A DNA stretch of 64,000 nucleotides from Methanomethylovorans hollandica DSM 15978. Lineage in GTDB: Archaea; Halobacteriota; Methanosarcinia; Methanosarcinales; Methanosarcinaceae. Each line of letters begins with the position of its first letter. The first letter of the stretch is position 1. Shown here piece after piece: positions 51,968 through 63,400 of this stretch. Under the pieces are notes generated by a model. That model was not told where the DNA came from. It searched no databases and was given only the letters and a program-made list of their open reading frames with translations. Where the stretch lies: contig NC_019977.1 of NCBI RefSeq assembly GCF_000328665.1, positions 496,001 to 560,000 on the forward strand, in the 5' to 3' direction. The position numbers and the translations under genes are program-made.

Positions 51968-53125
51968 ATGATAGACAGAAAAGAGATCATAGATATAGTT
52001 CAGGATTACGAACCCGACAAGATCAAGATCGGGGCAGTTGCTTCTCATTCCGCATTAGATGTATTTGACGGTGCTGTGGAAGAGGATTTCCGCACTTTTG
52101 CTATATGCCAGCAGGGAAGAGAGAAGACCTATTCTCATTATTTCAAAGCCCAAAGGGACGCATACGGAAGGGTAAAACGCGGTATTGTGGATGAGGCAGT
52201 GATGCTGAAGAAGTTCAATGAAGTATTGCTGCCTGAAAATCAGCAGATGCTGCGTGATCAGAATATTCTTTTCATTCCAAACAGGTCCTTTACTTCATAC
52301 TGCGGGATCGATGAGGTAGAGAATGACTTTGCTGTACCTATAGTAGGTAGCAGAAATATGCTCAGAAGCGAAGAAAGGGGTATAGATCGTGATTACTATT
52401 GGCTGTTGGAGAAGGCGGGTCTTCCTTTTCCTGAAAGGATAAATGATCCTCAGGACATAGAGGAGTTATCAATAGTGAAACTCCCGCATGCTGTCAAGAA
52501 GCTGGAGAGAGGTTTCTTCACGGCTGCGACATATGAAGAATATCTTAAGAAATCAGAAGCATTGCTTAAGCAAGGCGTGATCACGCAGGAAGCTCTGGAT
52601 AATGCAAGAATAGAGAGATACATTATTGGCCCGGTGTTCAATTTTGATATGTTCTATTCTCCCATTGAGGAAGAAATGAGCAAGCTGGAGATCCTTGGCA
52701 TAGACTGGCGCTTTGAAACCAGTCTGGACGGTCATGTCCGTCTGCCTGCACCTCAACAGATAACTCTGGCAGAACATCAGCTGACCCCCGAATACACTGT
52801 ATGCGGACATAATTCTTCCACATTGCGGGAATCACTTCTGGAGGATGTGTTCATGCTGGCCGAAAAATACATTGATGCGGCAAGCAAATACTATGACCCG
52901 GGTATTATAGGTCCATTCTGCCTCCAGACCTGTATCGACAAGGACCTTAACTTCTATATCTATGATGTTGCACCCAGGGTCGGTGGCGGGACCAACGTGC
53001 ATATGTCAGTAGGCCATCCGTATGGTAACACCATCTGGAGGAATAATATGAGTACCGGAAGGCGCATAGCTTTTGAGATAAGAAGAGCCATTGAAATGGA
53101 CGAGTTGGGTCGCATAGTTACCTGA
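51968..53125 (+). CDS. PurP-like formate:AICAR ligase family protein
   Basis: SHSALD, PNRSF, ERGFF, GPFCLQ, DVAPRVGGGTN. Confidence 0.88.
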   Translation: MIDRKEIIDIVQDYEPDKIKIGAVASHSALDVFDGAVEEDFRTFAICQQGREKTYSHYFKAQRDAYGRVKRGIVDEAVMLKKFNEVLLPENQQMLRDQNILFIPNRSFTSYCGIDEVENDFAVPIVGSRNMLRSEERGIDRDYYWLLEKAGLPFPERINDPQDIEELSIVKLPHAVKKLERGFFTAATYEEYLKKSEALLKQGVITQEALDNARIERYIIGPVFNFDMFYSPIEEEMSKLEILGIDWRFETSLDGHVRLPAPQQITLAEHQLTPEYTVCGHNSSTLRESLLEDVFMLAEKYIDAASKYYDPGIIGPFCLQTCIDKDLNFYIYDVAPRVGGGTNVHMSVGHPYGNTIWRNNMSTGRRIAFEIRRAIEMDELGRIVT

Positions 53126-53450
53126 ACTTAGATCTAATTTTGCAAAGATGGTAATGTTAGTTGTGGATGGGATATCCTTGCAGGCAGCAAATGAACCTTT
53201 TGAAGGCTCTAAAATGCGTTTTCATCCACACACTATACTAGCAGAAATAATTGTTCATTTCCGAACTTAAGCTGATTACTATAGATAAGTAGATTTAACA
53301 TGTAGACATTAGTAAAACGTTGAAATCATTTAAATACCAGTAACCAAATGATAACAACGGTCTGGAGCAAGATATCATCCGGTCATCTGACCGATTGCAA
53401 GCATTGCTACGTACTTTTATATTATTCGCCCATTGGAGGGAAATCAGGAA

Positions 53451-54677
53451 TTGAGTCAACCTTGCGTTAATATTGGCATGGTAGGTCATGTCGATCATGG
53501 AAAAACCACTTTAGTGAGCGCACTCTCAGGAGTGTGGACAGATTCACATAGTGAAGAGATGAAGCGTGGAATATCTATCAGATTAGGGTATGCAGATGCT
53601 ACTATCAGAAAATGCCCCAACTGCCCTGAGCCACAATGTTACACTGTATCTGAAACCTGTCCGGGATGTGGTGAGCCTTCAGAAGAAGTGCGTACCGTCT
53701 CTTTTGTTGATGCTCCCGGTCACGAGACACTGATGGCTACAATGCTTTCCGGGGCAGCTATTATGGATGGTGCCATTCTTGTGATAGCTGCTAATGAGGA
53801 ATGCCCTCAGCCACAAACAAAAGAACATCTGATGGCTTTGAATATTATAGGGATCAAGAATCTTATCATTGTCCAGAATAAGATCGATCTGGTATCCAAA
53901 GAAGAGGTAATAGATCACTACAAGCAGATCAAGAGATTTGTTCAAGGTACTGTGGCAGAGAACGCTCCGATAATTCCGGTATCTGCTCAGCAGAACATAA
54001 ATATCGATGCTCTTCTCCAGTTAATGGAAGAACATATTCCCACTCCGGAATATAAGATCGATAAACCGGCACAGATGCTTATCGCACGTTCTTTTGATAT
54101 CAACAAGCCAGGCACTCCCATAGAACAGATCAGAGGCGGCGTGATTGGTGGAACTCTTACAGAAGGCTTTTTGTCTAACGGCGAAGATCTGGAGATCAGG
54201 CCTGGATATAAACTGGAAAGTGAGGGAACTACCAGGTGGGTTCCGATAGTCACTAAGATATCAAAGATCTTTGCAGGCAAGGAACCTGTAGATAAGGCTA
54301 CGCCCGGAGGACTGCTTGCAATAGGTACTTCACTGGACCCTGCTATCACCAAGAGCGATTCTCTTGTGGGGCAGGTAGCAGGAAAACCTGGTACTTTACC
54401 ACCTACTCGTGATGTATTCACCCTTGAGCTAAACCTGCTTGAACGGGTAGTAGGCGTGATCGATGAAGCAGAGATAGGTTCTATCAGAACCAGTGAGCCT
54501 CTTATGCTTAATGTAGGTACGGCCACTACTGTGGGCGTGGTGACAAGTGCAAGGAAGAACGTTGCAGAAGTAAAGCTCAAGAGGCCTGTATGTGCGAGTG
54601 CCGGTTCAATGGTGGCTATCAGCAGGCGGATAGGTTCAAGATGGCGCCTGATAGGTGTGGGAGTCATAAAGTCTTGA
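53451..54677 (+). CDS. eif2g: Translation initiation factor aIF2 gamma
   Basis: [17 protein letters not shown], Zn ribbon, DAPGHE, NKID, WRLIG; TTG start after GGAGG. Confidence 0.96.
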   Translation: MSQPCVNIGMVGHVDHGKTTLVSALSGVWTDSHSEEMKRGISIRLGYADATIRKCPNCPEPQCYTVSETCPGCGEPSEEVRTVSFVDAPGHETLMATMLSGAAIMDGAILVIAANEECPQPQTKEHLMALNIIGIKNLIIVQNKIDLVSKEEVIDHYKQIKRFVQGTVAENAPIIPVSAQQNINIDALLQLMEEHIPTPEYKIDKPAQMLIARSFDINKPGTPIEQIRGGVIGGTLTEGFLSNGEDLEIRPGYKLESEGTTRWVPIVTKISKIFAGKEPVDKATPGGLLAIGTSLDPAITKSDSLVGQVAGKPGTLPPTRDVFTLELNLLERVVGVIDEAEIGSIRTSEPLMLNVGTATTVGVVTSARKNVAEVKLKRPVCASAGSMVAISRRIGSRWRLIGVGVIKS

Positions 54678-55042
54678 AGGTGATAATCGACACTAATGCT
54701 CTGATGATACCTGTGCAATTCAATTTAGATATATTCAGTGAATTACACAGGCTGGGTTTTAATCATTTCATTGTTCCTCTGGCTGTGCTAAATGAGCTGG
54801 ACAGACTTGTTACAACAGCAAGGGGCCAGGATCGCATAGCTGCAAAGGTCGGTAGGTCTTTGGCACAGAGGTGTGAACTTGTTTCCAAGGAAGGGCATGC
54901 AGATGATATTATTGTGTCTCTTGCACAAGTTACTGGGGCTGCTGTTTTAACAAATGACATAGGGCTTAAGAAACGGTTGATTGAGATGGGCATCAGGGTA
55001 ATATCTCTCAGACAAAGGAATCGTCTGGAATTATTGTCATGA
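54674..55042 (+). CDS. PIN-domain protein (Fcf1-like)
   Basis: IIDTN, EL, ADD, TND; conserved position after eif2g. Confidence 0.9.
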   Translation: MKVIIDTNALMIPVQFNLDIFSELHRLGFNHFIVPLAVLNELDRLVTTARGQDRIAAKVGRSLAQRCELVSKEGHADDIIVSLAQVTGAAVLTNDIGLKKRLIEMGIRVISLRQRNRLELLS

Positions 55043-56315
55043 GAATCTCAAATTAGGATTTTGATTTAAAAACCTATTCCTTTTTTCGTTGATACTGCTA
55101 TTCTCTTTTTTTTTGGTCAGTGGTAGCTATAAATATAAAAAATTTTGCTTCTTTATGGATAAAAAATCTATCGAGTATAGAGGAGTCCTCTTCGAGGACT
55201 CCATAGAAAACTATCTTTACAGAGAAACTGCCTCTATTTGCCAATTTCTTCATTTTCTCTGTATAGAAGACATTTCACAATACGTTGAACGTACTGTGTA
55301 TACCAACAAACGTTGGCATTTTAAATATAACGTTTCCTCAATGATAAAGCTCTTTATTGTAAAGTGCTTCAGGAATCTCTCTTATGAAAAAACAGTATCC
55401 AGTTTAACAGAAGAAGAAGCTATTATGCTATCGTTCTGTGATAAAAATGGGCAAATAAGACTTCCTTCAGCTGGAACCCTCCATCATTTTGTAAAATATA
55501 GACTTGGAGAAGATGGGGTCAATGAACTAATAATAATGGTAGGCGAAAAGATTCTTAAAAGCTCAAAGTTAAAAGACGCCAAGATAGATTCAACACCTCT
55601 TGAAGCTTCACGATATGACAAATATGCGGATTATAATCCGCATTATAAATGTAAAATGGACAAAGCTCACATTACAATGATTGGAACTTATCCGGTATTT
55701 ATGACATATACTAATGGCCTTAGTTCTGATTCTACGGAACTTATCAAACACATACACGCATTAAAGAAAATGGAAGCTAATATTGAATTTTATGCTGCGG
55801 ATGGAGCTTATGACTCATTCCAAAACAATGCAGATATATGGTATCATCTGAATGCAAAACCAATTATTTCCTACTCTTGTGATGCAGTATTGCACAAAGA
55901 AGGTGAAGTAGAGAGGATTGATCATTGGGTGAACAAAATGTGGAAACTTGGTGGAGAGGTTCATACCAAAATAGAAAATAAGCTGAAGTTTCTGTATGAA
56001 AATGGAAGACAAGAACAAGTTGGGATGTACCTAAGAAATCAAAACATCCTCGATGAATTATTTTGGGAGTTATACAAGAAAAGAGTAGAATGCGAAAAAG
56101 TACATGGCCACATGAAAGATACGATGAACTTCGATGTCAGAAGAATAAGAGTAGAGAGCAGAGCTCTCTACTCTCTGCTGAATTTCGTTTCCTATCAACT
56201 ATTAGTGCTTACTGAATTGCAAAATAAAGTTAAACTCAGGAATTCGTTTGGGAGGCTATTCTAAAAAAGTACATCAAATTAGAATAGAAATATAAGGAGC
56301 TAATTTGATGGCCTC
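55041..56315 (+). mobile_element. DDE insertion sequence, 1275 bp, imperfect 16-bp TIRs, 5-bp TSD
   Basis: GAGAATCTCAAATTAG...CTAATTTGATGGCCTC; GTCAT duplicated at 55036-55040 and 56316-56320. Confidence 0.9.
55155..56264 (+). CDS. DDE transposase (IS5/ISNCY-like)
   Basis: IDSTP, ADGAYD, Y..R..CE...G..K. Confidence 0.9.
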   Translation: MDKKSIEYRGVLFEDSIENYLYRETASICQFLHFLCIEDISQYVERTVYTNKRWHFKYNVSSMIKLFIVKCFRNLSYEKTVSSLTEEEAIMLSFCDKNGQIRLPSAGTLHHFVKYRLGEDGVNELIIMVGEKILKSSKLKDAKIDSTPLEASRYDKYADYNPHYKCKMDKAHITMIGTYPVFMTYTNGLSSDSTELIKHIHALKKMEANIEFYAADGAYDSFQNNADIWYHLNAKPIISYSCDAVLHKEGEVERIDHWVNKMWKLGGEVHTKIENKLKFLYENGRQEQVGMYLRNQNILDELFWELYKKRVECEKVHGHMKDTMNFDVRRIRVESRALYSLLNFVSYQLLVLTELQNKVKLRNSFGRLF

Positions 56316-56390
56316 GTCATGAACAAGAGTAAAAATTATAAGATATAAATAGGTTTATAACAGGATAACTGGGCTTTTGGAGATAATCGC

Positions 56391-56963
56391 ATGTACAAGA
56401 AAATGAAACTTTCTGATACCATCCGGGTAGCTCCTAATCTTTTGGGCGGGGATGTTCAGGTCAATGTTAAGAATGCACTGAGGGAGAAGCTTGAAGGCAG
56501 GCTTGATAAGCATATAGGTGCCATCGTTGCTATCACGGAAATTGAACAAGTAGGTGAAGGTCACATCCTTGTGGGTGATGGTGCAGTTTATTATGATGTG
56601 GATTTTGATGCCATCGTATTCACACCCATGATACAGGAAGTAGTTGAAGGAGAAGTTGTTGAGACTGTGGAGTTCGGGGCTTTTGTCAGTATAGGTGCTA
56701 TGGATGGTCTCTTACATGTAAGCCAGATCACTGATGATTTCATGTCCTATGATGGGAAGAATGGCAGGCTCATGAGCAAAACAGGAAACCGTTCACTTGG
56801 CGAGGGTGATAAGGTTAGGGCCAGGATAGTTGCCCTAAGCATTAATGAGAGGGACCCAAGGGAGAGTAAGATAGGTCTTACAATGAGGCAGAATGCCCTG
56901 GGTAAACTGGAGTGGCTTGAAGAGGAAAGGATGGCTAAATCCAAAGCTCAGGAAGAGGTTTGA
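56391..56963 (+). CDS. rpo7: RNA polymerase subunit Rpo7 (E')
   Basis: GDG.VY, S1 domain FGAFV.IG.MDGL.H.SQ, KIGLTMRQ. Confidence 0.95.
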   Translation: MYKKMKLSDTIRVAPNLLGGDVQVNVKNALREKLEGRLDKHIGAIVAITEIEQVGEGHILVGDGAVYYDVDFDAIVFTPMIQEVVEGEVVETVEFGAFVSIGAMDGLLHVSQITDDFMSYDGKNGRLMSKTGNRSLGEGDKVRARIVALSINERDPRESKIGLTMRQNALGKLEWLEEERMAKSKAQEEV

Positions 56964-56965
56964 AC

Positions 56966-57151
56966 ATGGCAGAACAGGTTTGTAGGGAGTGCCACAGGAT
57001 AGTCACAGGTCAAACGTGCCTTGTATGCAGTTCCAGCAACCTTAGCAGTGACTGGAGTGGCATGGTAATTATCGTGGATCCGGAAAACTCAGAAATAGCC
57101 CAGAAAATGGAGATCAAAGTAGCTGACCGATATGCACTGAAGGTGCGGTAA
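56966..57151 (+). CDS. spt4: Transcription elongation factor Spt4 (RpoE'')
   Basis: CREC...C..C, WSG..IIVDP..SEIA, YALKVR. Confidence 0.95.
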   Translation: MAEQVCRECHRIVTGQTCLVCSSSNLSSDWSGMVIIVDPENSEIAQKMEIKVADRYALKVR

Positions 57152-57733
57152 TTGGTGGAAACGATACACCTGCCGGAAGAACTGCGCCCTTTGTTAAGGA
57201 AGACCTTTGGTGTTCTTTACACAGGTACTGGTGATGATACTATCCAGAAGCTTTCCAAAGACCTGGGTAGTCCCACAAAACTTATATCGGTGGGTGATGT
57301 TACTACATTCCACTTGCTCAATTCAAATATCATTCCGGACATCCTTGTCGTTGATGACCGGACAAAACGTGGGCCGGCGTCAGCCCATGTAGTAGTGGGC
57401 ACAAAGCATACAGGGTTCAGTGAAATATTCGTGGATAATCCTCCCGGGGTCATAACCGAGGATCTGATCAATGTGGTCCATGACGCCATTATATCAAAGG
57501 ACCATGTAAGAATATTCGTGCGCGGCGAAGAGGACCTTGCAGCATTGCCTGCAATACTGCTGGCACCTGAAGGTTCGGTTGTACTATACGGGCAGCCGGA
57601 TGAAGGTGTGGTACTTGTCAAAATCACAAAATCCAAAAAGGAAGAGATCCTTGACCTGCTGGACAAGATGATACATGGGCAGGAAGAAAGGAACAGTTTG
57701 ATAGACATTCGGAGGAAATTCAATGGATATTAA
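57152..57733 (+). CDS. GTP-dependent dephospho-CoA kinase (DUF359)
   Basis: SVGD, D..TKR, NPPG.I, GEEDL, YGQP.EG. Confidence 0.9.
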   Translation: MVETIHLPEELRPLLRKTFGVLYTGTGDDTIQKLSKDLGSPTKLISVGDVTTFHLLNSNIIPDILVVDDRTKRGPASAHVVVGTKHTGFSEIFVDNPPGVITEDLINVVHDAIISKDHVRIFVRGEEDLAALPAILLAPEGSVVLYGQPDEGVVLVKITKSKKEEILDLLDKMIHGQEERNSLIDIRRKFNGY

Positions 57734-58046
57734 AATCATTGAGGATAAAAATAACGTACTTCTCAACAGGCGTGAGCTTAATTTCGAGGTAACTTTCGAA
57801 GGCCCCACCCCTGCTAGGCTGGATATAAAGAACAAGATGGCAGCATTAATGAACGTACCACTGGAACTTGTAGTTATTCAGAGGATGAAAAACGATTTCG
57901 GAAGGCAGAAGCTTAATGGCTACGCAAAGATATATGAAGATGCTGCCCGCATGAAAAAGATCGAAAAGGAACATATCCTCGAAAGGAACAAGCTGCCTGA
58001 GGCACCAGAGGAAAACACAGAAGCGGCAGAATCAACGGAAGAGTAA
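57723..58046 (+). CDS. rps24e: 30S ribosomal protein S24e
   Basis: N.LLNRRE, TP.R, FG...GYAKIY. Confidence 0.95.
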   Translation: MDIKIIEDKNNVLLNRRELNFEVTFEGPTPARLDIKNKMAALMNVPLELVVIQRMKNDFGRQKLNGYAKIYEDAARMKKIEKEHILERNKLPEAPEENTEAAESTEE

Positions 58047-58058
58047 GCAGGTGGAAAA

Positions 58059-58208
58059 ATGGCAGTAAAAGATTATTACAAGGTCAGTGGCGATAAGCTC
58101 GAAAGGACCCACCAGACATGTCCACGATGTGGCGAAGGCGTATTCCTTGCTGAACACAAGGACAGGCGTACCTGCGGCAAATGTGGTTACACCGAGTTCA
58201 AGAAATAA
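58059..58208 (+). CDS. rps27ae: 30S ribosomal protein S27ae (absent from the ORF track)
   Basis: MAVKDYYKV...[29 protein letters not shown]. Confidence 0.96.
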   Translation: MAVKDYYKVSGDKLERTHQTCPRCGEGVFLAEHKDRRTCGKCGYTEFKK

Positions 58209-58211
58209 ATT

Positions 58212-58246
58212 TAATTTTTCTTCTTTTTCTTTCTTTTTTTATTTTA
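58212..58246 (+). terminator. T-rich terminator after rps27ae
   Basis: Long oligo-T tracts. Confidence 0.6.
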
Positions 58247-58683
58247 TCGATCCACCATACTTGCTAAACTCACTGACCAACTGAAAGTAATTTTTGGATT
58301 TCCAGTTTCATACATAAGCAAAATGTATTTTCAGTTCTTCACAGGGGCCTAAATGCAGAAATATTGTTTTAGATACTGTCCTGTCTATTGAGAATTTTTA
58401 TCGTACATTCTTAAGGATAATTTAGTACTTCTATATTATTTATATATTCATTATTTGATTGGGAGGTGCCGAAAAATATAAGTAGGCTAAAGTAGTGCCA
58501 GTTATTATCTAAAATGAAAACGTATCTAGTATTTAAGTGTGTATATGGGAATAACTATTAAATAAACATCAATATTTAATTCTCATATATTTGGATATTG
58601 GCATTTGCTAATTGCTTTAAACTATATACTACTTATTAAAGCACACAACTTATATGAAACAAAAGGAAACGGATAGGAGAGAA

Positions 58684-59355
58684 ATGAATTCTGTTTATGC
58701 TATAGTCGTTGGTATCCTGTTAGGGATAATGATATTTGCCCTGAAGACAGGTGTTGGATGTGGTTTTTCCAACATCCGCAGAAGAGATGTGTTGATCATT
58801 GCTGCAAGTTACTTTGTCATTTCCGTAATTCTTGGCGGACTTATAGAACTGGTGGACCAGTCCCGGCTGGATGTGATAACCAGTATGGGTATGACCCTGC
58901 ACGTTGTTGTGGCCTTGCTCCTCATAGGTGCAGGGATATACACCCAGAAAAAATGGTCATGTGGACATGATGTGTCAAGGCACACTTTCCTTTTCATCTC
59001 TGTGCCATGTCCCGTATGCCTCACCGCGCTGTTCGTGTCCTGTATGATACTTGCATCAACCCTCGGGTGGAGCGGCTTCAGGATAGGGGCTTTGGTCGGT
59101 TTTTTCTTCTTCATCACTGTCATATCGTCAAGCTGGGGTTTCAGGAAAATGCACCGCACACCCGAAGACCTTGGAGCTGTGATGATGTTCCTGGGTATAT
59201 TCTATCTGCTTGGCTCCATGCTCGTACCGGCTTACATAAAATCTAAACAGCTCCAGATCCCTGATACAGGAGGGGAACTTCACATAATACCCCTGCTGAT
59301 AATGACTGGTATCATAGCCTGCGGGTATGTCATCAATACTTTCAAAGGTGAATAA
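58684..59355 (+). CDS. DUF2162 membrane protein
   Basis: ALKTGVGCG and PCPVC; about 7 TM segments. Confidence 0.85.
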   Translation: MNSVYAIVVGILLGIMIFALKTGVGCGFSNIRRRDVLIIAASYFVISVILGGLIELVDQSRLDVITSMGMTLHVVVALLLIGAGIYTQKKWSCGHDVSRHTFLFISVPCPVCLTALFVSCMILASTLGWSGFRIGALVGFFFFITVISSSWGFRKMHRTPEDLGAVMMFLGIFYLLGSMLVPAYIKSKQLQIPDTGGELHIIPLLIMTGIIACGYVINTFKGE

Positions 59356-59357
59356 AA

Positions 59358-59981
59358 ATGAGCCTGTTCGCTGTGATCAATAGCATAATGAATACATTTT
59401 CTGCTTCTTTGCTTTACCCTGTGATCATCCTGTTAGTGGCACTATCATTGTTGTCCCTTATACTGATAGGGGAATTCCTTTCAGAGTATGCGAAGAGGAA
59501 CAGAGATATTGAGAATCTGGAAGGTACCTGCTTTACTATGCAAAACCATGTAAAGGAATCTAATTTTAAAGCCGCAGCTGATGCTCTAAGAACAATAAAG
59601 CAGAACTATATAGTCACTGCTTTCTCCAATGCTGCAGCTGTTCATCTGGAAAAGGACAGGATCCCTGCCATAGAATGGGTCTCTCAGGAATATGAGATCA
59701 AAATGGCCAAAAGGCTGGAGCAGACCCGTATCATCACAAACATAGCCCCGATGCTGGGACTGATGGGCACGCTCATACCTCTTGGCCCGGCGCTTGTAGC
59801 ATTATCTCAGGGAGATGTTGTGCAGCTTTCACACAACCTGATGATCGCCTTTGCCACTACTGTTGTAGGTCTTTTTGCCAGCAGCGTGGCCTACATACTC
59901 ACCCAGATTAGGAAGAGATGGTATTGGCAGGATATGGCAGATATTGATTATATACTTGATACCATCGAGGTAAAAGTATGA
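59358..59981 (+). CDS. MotA/TolQ/ExbB-family protein
   Basis: APMLGLMGTLIPLG, AFATTVVG, R.RWY..D. Confidence 0.9.
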   Translation: MSLFAVINSIMNTFSASLLYPVIILLVALSLLSLILIGEFLSEYAKRNRDIENLEGTCFTMQNHVKESNFKAAADALRTIKQNYIVTAFSNAAAVHLEKDRIPAIEWVSQEYEIKMAKRLEQTRIITNIAPMLGLMGTLIPLGPALVALSQGDVVQLSHNLMIAFATTVVGLFASSVAYILTQIRKRWYWQDMADIDYILDTIEVKV

Positions 59982-60340
59982 GGCAGAGACGTTACAGGCG
60001 AACCGGTCTGTTACACGATGAAGAGGAAAGGAATCCCCTTGAAGGGGTTGCTAACCTTTTCGATACCGCCATGGTTTTTGCCGTGGCTCTGATGCTGGCA
60101 CTGGTTATGTCATACCAGATGCCTGAACTGTTAAGCCCTACTGAGGACATAACCATCGTGAAGAATCCCGGGCAGGAGGATATGAAGATAATTATAAAGG
60201 AGCAAGGGAAACCCATTGAAGTGATGAATCTCACCGATCAGATCGGTGGCGGTACAGGTGATGTTCTGGGCACCGCCTACAAACTGGCGGATGGCAGAGT
60301 TGTGTATGTGCCGGATGATGGGAACGAAACTACTACTTGA
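59978..60340 (+). CDS. DUF2149 protein
   Basis: P..GVANLFD.AMVFA, VKNPG..DM, G.AY.L.DG.VVYVP. Confidence 0.9.
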   Translation: MRQRRYRRTGLLHDEEERNPLEGVANLFDTAMVFAVALMLALVMSYQMPELLSPTEDITIVKNPGQEDMKIIIKEQGKPIEVMNLTDQIGGGTGDVLGTAYKLADGRVVYVPDDGNETTT

Positions 60341-60382
60341 TTTGTTCATAAAGTGAAGTAAAAAGCAAAAGGTCTAATAAGC

Positions 60383-60425
60383 GGGCACTTCGGTACCGCC
60401 GCCAAGCAATGTATCCGAAGTGCTC
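60383..60425 (+). promoter_or_regulatory. GC-rich intercistronic stem-loop
   Basis: GGGCACTTCGG pairs with CCGAAGTGCTC. Confidence 0.5.
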
Positions 60426-60448
60426 AGCACACGTTATCGGGGGATAAC

Positions 60449-63400
60449 ATGCAACGAAAATATGTACTTACATTAGTATTAAGTGTATTGTTGTTGACAT
60501 CCTTAACAACAGTGGTATCGGCAGCCGGAGAGAAAATAAACATAACTTACATCGCGTACACGCCAAGCGATGCATTGCAATCTGCAAGTCAGACAAATGT
60601 GTACAGCGCATATATAGATTTCACATATATTCCAGCATACAATGCTTCATATTCTGCAAGCGATGAACTGCTCTCTGCGGTTGGAAGCGGATTTTTAGGA
60701 ACTCAGGATGTCATATTCTGTGATATGGTAGGCAGTAAGGTCTACAATTCCAACAATGGAGCAGTAAACGCCACCCTGCAGGCAGCACACGACAATGGTG
60801 CTTCATTGCTGAGCATACGTACAAGCAGTGCACCTTCATATTTTGATTATGTTTCGGATGGTGAGGGCAACGATACTATCTGCACCTACTACAACAGCAT
60901 GGGTACAACCGGTGATGGGCTCACAAATGCAGAGAACCTGTTCATATATCTTGCAACAGAATACAGTAACCTTTCTGAGATTATTAACAGCAATGAAAGC
61001 CCCACCGATGATGGCTCAAATGACAACAGTTCAACAGGCGGCAGTGCAGTTGGTACTGGTGATGTGAAGTTCCTGTTCGTCCTGGGCACGGATGTTAATA
61101 CTGCTGCCCTTAATAGTGCAGCGGCTGGAGCGGATATATCCTCGGAGCTAAGTACGACCGTTATTGCAAGGGGTGAAACAGTACCGCAGGATCTTGACTT
61201 CTCCGGGTATTCCATGATATTCATTGAATCCAGGGATGAAGCCACTGTTACGAACTGGGGTGCCAGCATAAATGCTGCCAAAGCTAATGGTGCAATGGTC
61301 ATTGGTTACAATCTTTCCGAGAACATTACCCTGCCAAATGCAGACCTCTATTCTGCCAATTACACTGATATTGAAAGATACTGGGTGCAGGGCGGAGAGG
61401 CCAACATGGGAAACATGCTGAAGTTCATGGGCCAGAAGTTCTCCGGTGCCTTTGCAGGGCAAACGATTGCCGCACCAGCGGTCGTGCAAGAGAAAGTGAA
61501 TGTTACTTACATCATCAATTCGGACACCAGTGTATATTATATGGAGCAGGTGCTTGCTGAAAGAACAGTGATTACCGACCGTTTCAATGTCAATGTGATG
61601 ACAGGCGGAGAAGCCATAAACAGCTCCAATGATTTCACTAACGAAGATGTTATCATGCTATACATGGTGGGAGCCAACGAACTTCCTCAGATAAAAGACA
61701 AGCTCCTTGCTGCAAAGAACAACGGTGCCCAAATCGGAATGTTCGGGATGCTGTCAGATGTTTATGGCATAGCCACCATAGACATGGCTAATCCTCCATA
61801 CGTTGAAATGACAGAATATCTCTTCAATGACGGATACATTAATATGGAGAACTGGATCCGTTGCATCGGAGCTACCCTTGAGAACGTCTATATTGAGCAC
61901 TCTGTTGCAGATGAACCAATTATTCCGGATGATGGGATATATCATCCGGATGCCTTCCCAAGAACCTTTGCCAACAGTACCGAATATCTGGCATGGTATG
62001 CAGACCACGGTTACAATGCATCAGCTCCTACGATCGGAATAATAGGTAATAGGCTGGGTAAGACCTCTATAGAATACAATTCCGAGGACGCGATCATCAG
62101 AGAGCTTGAATCAAGAGGATGCAATGTGATCTACACCACTTATGCCGTATGTGAGGATGATGTGGATTACTTCACCATGAACGGTGAAGTGATAGTTGAT
62201 TCAATAATCTCGGTAAAAGGTTTCTATCTTAACTATAATGACCATGAAAAAGGGATAGAATATCTGCAAAAGTACAATGTGCCTGTAATTAAAGCTATAC
62301 AGGATTATTACCAGACGCCTGACGAGTTCAATGAAAGTGTGCTGGGATTGAGCAGTACCTCCATTCCATATCAGGTAACACAGCCCGAAATAGACGGGCT
62401 TACCGATTATATCTGGTTAGCCGGAAGGGTGCAGGACGAAGCAACAGAGCAGTATTACTATGAACCAATCAAATGTCAGGTCGAATGGCTATGCGACAGG
62501 GCCATTGCATGGGCAGAGCTTGGAAAAGAAACAAATGCTGACAAGAAGATCACCATCCTTTACTACAACCACGAGGGCGGCAAGAACAACATCGGTGCCA
62601 GCTACCTGGATATCGGTTCAAGCTTTACTCTGCTCTTGGAAGACATGCAGGCAGCAGGCTATAACATAGGCAATGGCACAATTCCAAATGGCAGTGAGTT
62701 CATCGATCTTTTCATTGAAAGCAGGAATGTAGGCACATGGGCTCCAGGGGAACTTGAGAAGGTCGTACAGTCAGGTTATGTGACCCTTCTGCCGGTGGAC
62801 GAATATCTTGAATGGTACGAAACATTGCCACAGAGCGTACGCACCGAAGTAGAGGACACATGGGGCAAAGCTCCAGGTGATGTCATGACCTATGAGAACA
62901 GAAGTGGAAAGTACTTTGTAATACCTACTATCCAGCTTGGAAATGTCAATTTTATACCCCAGCCAACCAGGGCAACCCTTTCAGATGAGTCTCTTATATA
63001 TCATAATTCCTCAATACCGCCCACACACCAGTATCTTGCGACATATTTCTGGATCAACGACATATACGATGCAGATGCTATGATACACTTTGGTACCCAC
63101 GGTACACAGGAATGGCTCCCGGGCAACGAAGTTGGTCTGTGGAGATATGACTATCCGTCTATCATGGTGGCTGAAACCCCTGTGGTCTACCCGTATATCA
63201 TGGACAATGTGGGAGAAGGTACACAGGCAAAACGCAGAGGCAATGCTGTCATAATAGACCATCTCACACCACCGATAATAGAAGCCGGTCTTTATGGCGA
63301 CCTTGCCACAATGAGTGAGAAGATCCAGAACTATGAGGATGCAAAAAGTGACAATAAAACTGGAATGATGGCACTCTATCGTAACAGCACGATACAACTT

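Noticed and set aside
58087..58284. 65-aa ORF-track entry
   Set aside because: Alternative frame over rps27ae and its terminator
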